A DNA stretch of 13,670 nucleotides from a virus (lineage: Duplodnaviria; Heunggongvirae; Uroviricota; Caudoviricetes): IMG/VR virus record IMGVR_UViG_2541047435_000009; one strand, 5' to 3'. The notes beneath the pieces were generated by a model. That model was not told the DNA's origin. It searched no databases and saw only the letters and a program-made list of their open reading frames with translations. Position numbers and translations under genes: made by a program. This document shows, piece after piece, positions 1-7,167 of this stretch. Each line of letters starts with the position of its first letter. Position 1 is the stretch's first letter.

Positions 1-1
1 C

Positions 2-139
2 GGCGTGGATAATGCAACCGGCCCCCGACTGGCAGACACCGCTGAACGGGATTATTTCATCCTCAGAGAACGGTTGATGACAATGCAGAAGCAGCTGGAA
101 GGGGCACAGGACTATATCCGCACTCAGTGCCTGAACTAA
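2..139 (+). CDS. Rz: i-spanin (Rz-like), 3' fragment; 5' end lies upstream of the window
   Basis: Frame 2 reads GVDNATGPRLADTAERDYFILRERLMTMQKQLEGAQDYIRTQCLN*, which closely matches the recalled C-terminus of lambda Rz (...PRLADTAERDYFTLRERLITMQKQLEGTQKYINEQCR). Stop TAA at 137-139. Confidence 0.85.
   Translation, partial: GVDNATGPRLADTAERDYFILRERLMTMQKQLEGAQDYIRTQCLN
3..77 (+). CDS. Rz1: o-spanin (Rz1-like), 3' fragment, embedded in the +1 frame of Rz
   Basis: Frame 3 reads AWIMQPAPDWQTPLNGIISSSENG*, matching the recalled lambda Rz1 C-terminus (AWIMQPPPDWQTPLNGIISPSERG). Stop TGA at 75-77, entirely inside the Rz reading frame. Confidence 0.75.
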   Translation, partial: AWIMQPAPDWQTPLNGIISSSENG

Positions 140-338
140 GTTTTGCTGATGCGCCGTATCGTCACCGTATTCCTGCATTAACAGAGACCGCAGCCAGACA
201 GGGAGACTCCTCTGCGAGAGTGTGCGGGGATAATCAAAAACGATACACACCGGGGTTTACCGCGTTAACGGAGCGCGGTGTTGTCCCCTCATAGTCGCCA
301 GTCCGGTGCGATGGTGGAAGAAACTGGATTTTGTTGCA

Positions 339-369
339 AATGATAACCATTATCATTTTTGCGGGTCCT
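339..369 (+). other. cosQ-like element
   Basis: AATGATAACCATTATCATTTTTGCGGGTCCT resembles the recalled lambda right-end sequence GATGATAATCATTATCACTTTACGGGTCCT, which lies about 30 bp upstream of cosN. Confidence 0.6.
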
Positions 370-390
370 CCTGGTGGGGTGGGCCTGAAC

Positions 391-410
391 ACGGGGCGGG
401 CGGGCGCGGA
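391..410 (+). other. cosN-like terminase nicking site; predicted 12-nt cohesive end about 394-405 (GGGCGGGCGGGC)
   Basis: ACG|GGGCGGGCGGGC|GCGG aligns with lambda ...TTACG|GGGCGGCGACCT|CGCGG at the same spacing from the cosQ-like element; the first six overhang bases (GGGCGG) are identical. Exact nick positions are inferred, not observed. Confidence 0.55.
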
Positions 411-590
411 AAAAGGCGCATTTTTGTGATTTTATCGTCATCATCATCATGATGGTAACTTGTTGTTTTTAATGCTGTTAGTATTAAAAAGATGATGATT
501 GTGGTTGTTTTTTGTTCGACATCTTTATATGGCGGCATTTCTTTACAAAAAAACAGAGTCACTTCTGTTCTGCGGTTTATGTGGAGGGAT
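411..590 (+). promoter_or_regulatory. cosB-like region (candidate terminase small-subunit and IHF binding region)
   Basis: AT-rich stretch between the cosN-like site and the Nu1-like start, with CATCATCATCATGATGG (about 440-456, near-palindrome centred on CATG) and GATGATGATTGTGG (491-504). Position is analogous to lambda cosB; individual sites cannot be assigned by eye. Confidence 0.4.
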
Positions 591-594
591 GTAA

Positions 595-1071
595 ATGGAC
601 GGCGAGCTGAAAAATATGAAGTTAAATATTAATCAACTGGCAGCCCTTTCAGGTCTGCACCGGCAGACTGTTGCCGCCAGAATGGCGGATGTTCCTCTTG
701 CACCAGGCAGTAATGAAAAGAAAAAACTGTATCTCCTGACGGATTTGATAACTTCGTTGCTGGAAAAACCACCATCTTCCGAAGATGAGGATATGGATCC
801 TCACGCTCGTAAGGCATGGTATCAGTCCGAGCGCGAGCGTCTTAAATTTCAGCATGAAACTGTTCAGCTTGTGCCAGTCAGTGATGTCAGGCGGTCCTTT
901 TCTGTCGTGGTGAAAGCGATAGTTCAGGTACTGGAAACCTGGCCTGACCGGCTGGAGAGGGACAGGGGGTGGACTGCATCACAACTGAATGAAGTACAGA
1001 TTGTGGTTGATGAGATCCGCGACACACTGGAAAAGGCAGTCATTGACTGTTGTGATGAGGCCGATATGTGA
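595..1071 (+). CDS. nu1: terminase small subunit (Nu1-like)
   Basis: MKLNINQLAALSG... aligns with the lambda Nu1 N-terminal helix-turn-helix region (MEVNKKQLADIFG...). It is the first gene after cos, and its stop overlaps the large-subunit start (ATGTGA). GGAGGG at 583-588 precedes ATG 595; homology instead suggests ATG 616 as an alternative start. Confidence 0.8.
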   Translation: MDGELKNMKLNINQLAALSGLHRQTVAARMADVPLAPGSNEKKKLYLLTDLITSLLEKPPSSEDEDMDPHARKAWYQSERERLKFQHETVQLVPVSDVRRSFSVVVKAIVQVLETWPDRLERDRGWTASQLNEVQIVVDEIRDTLEKAVIDCCDEADM

Positions 1072-3191
1072 ATCAGGTGAACGAGAGCCATAGCCGCGCA
1101 TCCGATATCTGGCGCGAAGTGGCCTCGCTGTTTCGCCCACCCAGCCGGTTACCAGTAGCGGAAGCCATCAGGCGTTATATGCGGGTTCCACGGGGAGCCA
1201 ATACTTCCGGTCCGTGGGAGTCATCGCTGACGCCCTATATGATTGACCCCATTAATACATTATCAGCCCGTGAATATGACGCGGTGGTGTTTGTGGGACC
1301 TGCGCGAACCGGGAAAACCGAAGGGCTGATTGATGGCTGGATTGTGTACGGCATCATCTGTGATCCGGCGGATATGCTGGTGGTGCAGATGACTGAGACG
1401 AAGGCGCGTGAGCATTCCAGAACGCGTCTTTCCAGGACGTTTCGCCACAGTCCGGAGGTCAGCAAGCGCCTCAGTCCTTCCCGTAATGACAACAACGTCC
1501 ACGATAAAATGTTTCTTGACGGCTCCTTCCTGAAGATTGGCTGGCCGTCGATCACCGTCTTTTCCTCTTCGGATTACCGTCGTGTGGCGCTGACGGATTA
1601 TGACCGTTTCCCTGAAAATGTGGACGGGGAAGGGGATGCCTTCACGCTGGCCTCAAAGCGTACCACCACCTTTATGTCCTCGGGGATGACCCTGGTCGAG
1701 AGTTCACCGGGGCGGGATATCACCGATACCAAATGGCGTTGTGGTGGCGCACATGAGGCACCGCCAACAACGGGGATCCTGTCACTGTATAACCGGGGAG
1801 ACCGCCGCCGGTGGTACTGGCCGTGTCCGCACTGCGGGGAATATTTTCAGCCGGTGATGGATAACATGACCGGATACCGGAATAACCCGGATTTTGTGGC
1901 TGCCGGTCAGGCTGCCCGTCTGATGTGTCCGCATTGTCGCGGGCTGATTGCCCCTGAGCAGAAACGCGAACTGAATAACCAGGGGATCTGGCTTCGTGAA
2001 GGTGAACGGGCGGCGGCGGACGGCAGTATCACCGGAACGCCACGAAACTCCCGGATTGCGTCATTTTGGATGGAGGGGCCAGCTGCGGCGTTTCAGACCT
2101 GGGAACAACTGATTTTTAAACTGCTGGCGGCAGAAGAAGAGTATGAGCGAACCGGCAGTGAAGAGACCCTGAAAGCGGTGGTGAACACCGATATCGGACG
2201 ACCCTATCTGCCCCGTTCAGCCACGGAACAGCGTAAAAGTGAACTGCTTGAACAGCGTGCCGAGCCGTTTCCCCGGCGATCTGTGCCGGATGGTGTGCGT
2301 TTTATTGAGGCAACGGTTGACGTACAGGGCGGTAAAAATCGCCGTTTTGTTGTGCAGATCACCGGATACGGAGAGCAGGGGGAACGCTGGATTGTTGATC
2401 GCTACAACATCCGGCATTCACTGCGCTGCAGTCCCAACGGTGAAAGTCTGCCGGTTGATCCGGCGGCATATCCGGAGGACTGGGATTTGTTGCTGACGGA
2501 TGTGTTCCATAAAACATGGCCGCTGGCTTCTGATCCGGATGTGCGCATGCGTCTGATGGCCATGGCGGTGGATACGGGAGGGGAAGCCGGGGTGACAGAT
2601 AACGCCTATCGTTTCTGGCGTCGTTGCCGGAGTGACGGACTGGGCAACAGGGTGTTTCTGTTCAAGGGGGATGGACTTCGCCGTGACAGGCTGATTAACC
2701 GAACCTTCCCGGATAATACCGGCAGAAGTGCCCGCCGTGCCAGAGCCAGTGGCGATGTCGCGCTGTGGCTGGTTCAGACGGATGCGTTTAAGGATCGTGT
2801 AAATAATGCCCTGTGGCGTGACACACCAGGGCCGAACTATATCCACTTTCCCGACTGGCTGGGGCGGTGGTTTTACGATGAGCTGACCTATGAAGAGCGC
2901 GGCAGTGACGGAAAATGGCGAAAACCGGGCAGGGGCGCTAACGAAGCGTTTGACCTGCTGGTTTATGCGGATGCGCTTGCCGTTCTGCATGGTTACGAAA
3001 AGATCCGCTGGCCCTCCGCACCGGACTGGGCACAGCGGGAAACGTGGCTCGTCTTCCCGCAGGAGCGTTCTGGTGAAACGGTATCCCCGGAACTGACGGC
3101 CGGGGCAGAAAAACGCCGTCGCCGGAAGAAAAAACTGCGGACGGAGCGTGCGGAAGATAATCCATGGATAACATCAGGAGGCTGGTTGTGA
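1068..3191 (+). CDS. A: terminase large subunit (gpA family)
   Basis: 707 aa with a GTG start overlapping the Nu1 stop. The N-terminus (...LFRPP...) matches lambda gpA (...LFRPEP...); Walker A GPARTGKT at 1296-1319; basic C-terminus. Position and size fit a lambda-type terminase ATPase/nuclease. Confidence 0.93.
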   Translation: MNQVNESHSRASDIWREVASLFRPPSRLPVAEAIRRYMRVPRGANTSGPWESSLTPYMIDPINTLSAREYDAVVFVGPARTGKTEGLIDGWIVYGIICDPADMLVVQMTETKAREHSRTRLSRTFRHSPEVSKRLSPSRNDNNVHDKMFLDGSFLKIGWPSITVFSSSDYRRVALTDYDRFPENVDGEGDAFTLASKRTTTFMSSGMTLVESSPGRDITDTKWRCGGAHEAPPTTGILSLYNRGDRRRWYWPCPHCGEYFQPVMDNMTGYRNNPDFVAAGQAARLMCPHCRGLIAPEQKRELNNQGIWLREGERAAADGSITGTPRNSRIASFWMEGPAAAFQTWEQLIFKLLAAEEEYERTGSEETLKAVVNTDIGRPYLPRSATEQRKSELLEQRAEPFPRRSVPDGVRFIEATVDVQGGKNRRFVVQITGYGEQGERWIVDRYNIRHSLRCSPNGESLPVDPAAYPEDWDLLLTDVFHKTWPLASDPDVRMRLMAMAVDTGGEAGVTDNAYRFWRRCRSDGLGNRVFLFKGDGLRRDRLINRTFPDNTGRSARRARASGDVALWLVQTDAFKDRVNNALWRDTPGPNYIHFPDWLGRWFYDELTYEERGSDGKWRKPGRGANEAFDLLVYADALAVLHGYEKIRWPSAPDWAQRETWLVFPQERSGETVSPELTAGAEKRRRRKKKLRTERAEDNPWITSGGWL

Positions 3192-3400
3192 GCACAGAAG
3201 AAGCCAGAGAAATGATACAGCGGTACCGTGAAGCGGAAATGGCCGTACTGGAGGGAAAGTCTGTCATCTTCAACGGGCAGCAACTGACGCTGGAAAGCCT
3301 TTCTCAGATCCGCGCCGGACGTCAGGAGTGGGAACGCAGGCTTGCCGCGATGGTGAGCCGCAGGCGGGGAAAACCGGGATTTAAACTGGCGAGGTTTTAA
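3188..3400 (+). CDS. W: head-tail joining protein (gpW-like)
   Basis: About 70 aa ending ...RRRGKPGFKLARF, compared with lambda gpW ending ...RRRGPAGFYV. AGGAGG at 3176-3181 sits 6 nt before GTG 3188, which overlaps the gpA stop as GTGA. An in-frame ATG at 3164 is an alternative start. Confidence 0.8.
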   Translation: MSTEEAREMIQRYREAEMAVLEGKSVIFNGQQLTLESLSQIRAGRQEWERRLAAMVSRRRGKPGFKLARF

Positions 3401-4785
3401 TGGCAATTATTGATGATGTGATCGGCGTGTTTTCCCCCGGGTGGAAAGCAGCCAGACTGCGTTCAAGGGCGTTAATCATGGCCTATGAGGCGGTGAAACC
3501 GACCCGGACACATAAAGCCCGGCGGGAAAATCGCTCTGCTGATCAGCTCAGTAAATACGGTGCGGTTTCCCTGCGGGAGCAGGCCCGTTTTCTGGATATC
3601 AATCATGACCTGGTGATTGGTGTGTTTGACAAGCTGGAAGAGCGGGTGATTGGTGCCAGGGGAATTATTGTGGAGCCTCAGCCATTACGAAAAAACGGGG
3701 AAATGGCGGCTGAGCTGGCTGCGGATATCCGCCGTTTGTGGGCTGAATGGTCCGTGAGTCCGGATGTGACAGGGCAGTATACCCGTCCTGTGCTTGAACG
3801 TTTACTGCTGCGGACCTGGCTGCGGGATGGTGAAGTGTTTGCGCAGATGGTCAGTGGTGCGGGAAACGGTCTGGAACGGACGGCGGGAGTGCCATTCTGG
3901 CTTGAGGCGATGGAGCCGGATTTTGTTCCCATGCGCACTGATGAATCCGCCGGACTGAATCAGGGGGTTTTTCTTGATGAGTGGGGAAGACCGAAAAAAT
4001 ATCTGGTTTATAAAAATTATCCGGTCAGCGGCCGGCAGAGTGATACGAAAGAAATCGCTGCCGGAAAAATGATCCACCTGAAGTTCACTCGTCGTCTGCA
4101 TCAGACGCGAGGCTCATCCATGTTATCGGGGGTGCTGATGCGGATCAGTGCCCTTAAGGAGTATGAGGATGCGGAACTGACAGCGGCGCGTATTGCTGCG
4201 GCGCTGGGACTGTATATCCGTAAAGGTGACGGACAGGACTATGAAGATCCGGGGATCCGCAACGGCCAGTTGCGTGCAGTGGCAGCAGGCAGTCGTCTGA
4301 GTTTTTCCAGTGCGGCGCGTAACTATAACGGCACCTACAGCGCCCAGCGGCAGGAGCTGGTCGAGTCCACGGATGGTTACCTGATCCTGCAGGACTGTTT
4401 TATTGGCGCGGTAACCCGCCCGGTGTACCGGACATGGCTGAATATGGTGGTTGCGGCAGGTCTGCTGAAAATTCCGGCGGATGTGGAGATGAAAACGCTA
4501 TATAACGCGACGTATTCCGGTCCGGTGATGCCGTGGATCGACCCGGTTAAGGAAGCTGAAGCCTGGAGAATTCAGATCCGGGGTGGTGCAGCGACAGAAT
4601 CTGACTGGGTGCGTGCCGGTGGGCGCAATCCGGATGAGGTCAAACGTCGCCGCAAGGCTGAAATTGATGAAAACAGCAGACTGGGGCTGGTCTTTGATAC
4701 TGACCCCGTCAACGACAAAGGAGGCAACAGTGCCGGAACTGAACGACAGTATCAGCGCGACACCGAAAGCCAGCATGAAGAATAA
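3400..4785 (+). CDS. B: portal protein (lambda gpB family)
   Basis: 461-aa ORF directly after W (TAATG stop/start overlap; GAGG 5 nt upstream). Size and position fit a lambda-family portal. Assignment rests mainly on synteny and general portal-like composition. Confidence 0.85.
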   Translation: MAIIDDVIGVFSPGWKAARLRSRALIMAYEAVKPTRTHKARRENRSADQLSKYGAVSLREQARFLDINHDLVIGVFDKLEERVIGARGIIVEPQPLRKNGEMAAELAADIRRLWAEWSVSPDVTGQYTRPVLERLLLRTWLRDGEVFAQMVSGAGNGLERTAGVPFWLEAMEPDFVPMRTDESAGLNQGVFLDEWGRPKKYLVYKNYPVSGRQSDTKEIAAGKMIHLKFTRRLHQTRGSSMLSGVLMRISALKEYEDAELTAARIAAALGLYIRKGDGQDYEDPGIRNGQLRAVAAGSRLSFSSAARNYNGTYSAQRQELVESTDGYLILQDCFIGAVTRPVYRTWLNMVVAAGLLKIPADVEMKTLYNATYSGPVMPWIDPVKEAEAWRIQIRGGAATESDWVRAGGRNPDEVKRRRKAEIDENSRLGLVFDTDPVNDKGGNSAGTERQYQRDTESQHEE

Positions 4786-6757
4786 ATCCTGGTTCAGGAT
4801 GCAAGCTGGGGGGCCGGGTGACGCGGATATTTATATTTATGACGAGATTGGTTTCTGGGGAGTTACCGCGAAGCAGTTTGTCAGCGAACTGAATGCACTG
4901 GGTGATATCACCCACATTAATCTCCATATCAATTCACCGGGTGGCGATGTCTTTGAAGGCATCGCCATTTTTAATGCCCTGAAAAATCAGGGGGCGACCA
5001 TTACCGTGTATGTGGATGGCGTTGCCGCCTCGATGGCATCTGTGATTGCGATGGCCGGTGATACGGTCATTATGCCGGAAAATGCCTTCATGATGATCCA
5101 TAAGCCATGGGGATTCAGTGGCGGGGATGCTGAGGATATGCGCAGTTATGCCGATTTGCTGGATAAAGTCGAATCGGTACTGTTGCCAGCCTATGCGCAG
5201 AAAACCGGAAAAACCACCGATGAAATTGCTGCCATGCTGGCGGATGAGACCTGGATGTCCGGTGCCGAATGTCTGGCACATGGATTTGCTGATCAGGTGA
5301 CGCCAGCCGTTAAGGCAATGGCATGTATTCAGTCAAAACGTACAGAGGAATTTAAAAAGATGCCGGAATCCATTCGAAACATGATTACTCCGCCACGCAA
5401 CAGTGCTCCACGCGTACAGGATGATGGACCTGCAGCCTCCCGGACGCCAGTGCAGGCAGCAGCACCTGTGGTGGATGAAAACAGTATCCGTGCGCAGGTA
5501 CTGGCAGAGCAAAAAGCGCGTGTAAACGGTATTAATGATCTGTTTGCCATGTTTGGCGGGCGTTATCAGACGCTGCAGGCTCAGTGTCTTGCCGATCCTG
5601 AATGTTCGCTGGAGCAGGCCCGCGAAAAGCTGTTGAACGAGATGGGGCGCGAGTCCACGCCATCTAATAAAAATACCCCGGCTCATATTTATGCCGGAAA
5701 CGGTAATTTTGTGGGGGATGGGATCCGCCAGGCGCTGATGGCGCGTGCCGGATTTGAAAAAACCGAACGTGATAATGTCTACAACGGGATGACCCTGCGT
5801 GAATATGCCCGTATGTCACTGACTGAACGGGGTATTGGGGTTTCCAGTTATAACCCGATGCAGATGGTCGGTGCGGCGTTCACACACAGTACGTCTGACT
5901 TCGGTAATATTCTGCTGGATGTTGCGAACAAAGCCATTCTGCAGGGCTGGGAAGATGCCCCTGAAACCTATGAACAGTGGACGCGGAAAGGTCAGTTGTC
6001 TGATTTTAAAATTGCCCATCGTGTGGGTATGGGGGGCTTCAGTGCTCTGCGTCAGGTGCGTGAAGGGGCGGAATATAAATACGTCACCACCGGAGATAAA
6101 CAGGCCACTATTGCACTGGCGACCTATGGCGAGCTGTTCAGTATCACCCGTCAGGCCATTATCAATGATGATCTGAATATGCTGACCGATGTCCCGATGA
6201 AACTGGGCCGTGCGGCGAAATCCACTATTGCCGATCTGGTTTATGCCATTCTGACGTCTAACCCGAAAATCTCCACAGATAATGTAAGTCTGTTCGATAA
6301 AGCGAAACATGCAAACGTACTGGAGAGCGCTGCAATGGACGTGGCATCGCTGGATAAAGCCCGCCAGTTGATGCGCGTTCAGAAAGAGGGGGAGCGTCAT
6401 CTGAATATTCGTCCTGCGTTCGTACTGGTACCGACGGCGATGGAGTCTGTTGCTAACCAGGTCATTCGCTCCTCAAGTGTCAAGGGGGCTGACATTAACG
6501 CCGGTATTATTAACCCGGTGAAAGATTTTGCGACCGTTATTGCAGAGCCTCGTCTTGATGATAACAGCCAGACCACCTTCTACCTGGCTGCGTCAAAAGG
6601 CTCCGATACGATTGAAGTGGCTTATCTCAACGGTGTGGATACGCCATATATTGATCAGATGGAGGGCTTCAGTGTGGATGGCGTGACAACGAAAGTGCGT
6701 ATTGACGCCGGTGTCGCGCCAGTTGATCACCGCGGTCTGGTGAAATGTACGGCGTAA
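4730..6757 (+). CDS. fused prohead protease (ClpP/S14-like) and major capsid protein
   Basis: The N-terminal part has ClpP-like motifs (GVAASMAS serine motif, MIHKPWG histidine motif); the C-terminal roughly 330 aa resemble an HK97-fold capsid domain; a Q/E/A-rich linker lies between. Start chosen at GTG 4730, 5 nt downstream of a strong AAGGAGG (4717-4724); alternatives are ATG 4775 and ATG 4799. Overlaps the portal 3' end. Confidence 0.85.
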   Translation: MPELNDSISATPKASMKNKSWFRMQAGGPGDADIYIYDEIGFWGVTAKQFVSELNALGDITHINLHINSPGGDVFEGIAIFNALKNQGATITVYVDGVAASMASVIAMAGDTVIMPENAFMMIHKPWGFSGGDAEDMRSYADLLDKVESVLLPAYAQKTGKTTDEIAAMLADETWMSGAECLAHGFADQVTPAVKAMACIQSKRTEEFKKMPESIRNMITPPRNSAPRVQDDGPAASRTPVQAAAPVVDENSIRAQVLAEQKARVNGINDLFAMFGGRYQTLQAQCLADPECSLEQAREKLLNEMGRESTPSNKNTPAHIYAGNGNFVGDGIRQALMARAGFEKTERDNVYNGMTLREYARMSLTERGIGVSSYNPMQMVGAAFTHSTSDFGNILLDVANKAILQGWEDAPETYEQWTRKGQLSDFKIAHRVGMGGFSALRQVREGAEYKYVTTGDKQATIALATYGELFSITRQAIINDDLNMLTDVPMKLGRAAKSTIADLVYAILTSNPKISTDNVSLFDKAKHANVLESAAMDVASLDKARQLMRVQKEGERHLNIRPAFVLVPTAMESVANQVIRSSSVKGADINAGIINPVKDFATVIAEPRLDDNSQTTFYLAASKGSDTIEVAYLNGVDTPYIDQMEGFSVDGVTTKVRIDAGVAPVDHRGLVKCTA

Positions 6758-6780
6758 ACGTCGCAGACAACAACTCTGAT

Positions 6781-6800
6781 GGCCCGTAAGGGCTTTTTTT
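6781..6800 (+). terminator. intrinsic-terminator-like hairpin downstream of the capsid gene
   Basis: GCCC-GTAA-GGGC (GNRA tetraloop) followed by TTTTTTT, 25 nt after the capsid stop. The stem is short (4-5 bp), so this may be a partial terminator or an RNA-stabilising element. Confidence 0.45.
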
Positions 6801-6843
6801 GTACCTGAAATCAGCCCCTGAACGGGGCTGTGCGGAGACAGTT

Positions 6844-7167
6844 ATGGCAAAGAATTTTGTAGAAGAAGGAAAAACGGTGGCGATTGTTGCCAGTGCAGCC
6901 ATCAGCAGCGGAGATCTGGTGCAGGTGGGCGATGTTTTTGCGGTGGCGCTGACCGATATTCCACAGGGTGAAACAGGCGACGGCATGACCGAAGGTGTGT
7001 TTATGCTGCCTAAGCTGAAAACGGATGACATGAAAACGGGTAAGAAGGTTTATCTGAAGTCAGGAAAAGTTCAGCTGACTAACAGCGGCTCTGATCCGCT
7101 GGTCGGGGTTGTCTGGGCAGATGCCGGAACCAGTGCAGAAGAAGTGCCGGTAAAACTCAATGTCTGA
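6844..7167 (+). CDS. small head protein, DUF2190-like (putative capsid decoration/cement protein)
   Basis: 107 aa, MAKNFVEEGKTVAIVASAAISSGDLVQVGD..., in the position where lambda encodes gpD/FI. GGAG lies about 8 nt upstream of ATG 6844. The DUF2190 family assignment is from memory of the motif pattern. Confidence 0.6.
   Translation: MAKNFVEEGKTVAIVASAAISSGDLVQVGDVFAVALTDIPQGETGDGMTEGVFMLPKLKTDDMKTGKKVYLKSGKVQLTNSGSDPLVGVVWADAGTSAEEVPVKLNV

Noticed and set aside
353-562. 69-aa ORF on the minus strand overlapping the cos region
   Set aside because: Low-complexity translation (a DDDDD run from the GATGAT repeats, an I/L-rich stretch), no convincing ribosome-binding site, and it sits on the cos elements; most likely a chance ORF in AT-rich regulatory DNA.
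2418-2990. 190-aa minus-strand ORF inside the large terminase gene (also 2938..3273 and 2993..3406 on the minus strand)
   Set aside because: Antisense shadow ORFs within a strongly supported, homology-backed gene; proline/arginine-rich composition typical of GC-rich antisense frames.
4583-4729. Upstream extension of the protease-capsid ORF to the ATG at 4583
   Set aside because: Would overlap the portal gene by about 200 nt and lacks a ribosome-binding site, whereas GTG 4730 has a strong AAGGAGG at ideal spacing.
5816-6400. 194-aa minus-strand ORF inside the capsid domain region
   Set aside because: Antisense to a conserved coding region, with no start context or recognisable motif.
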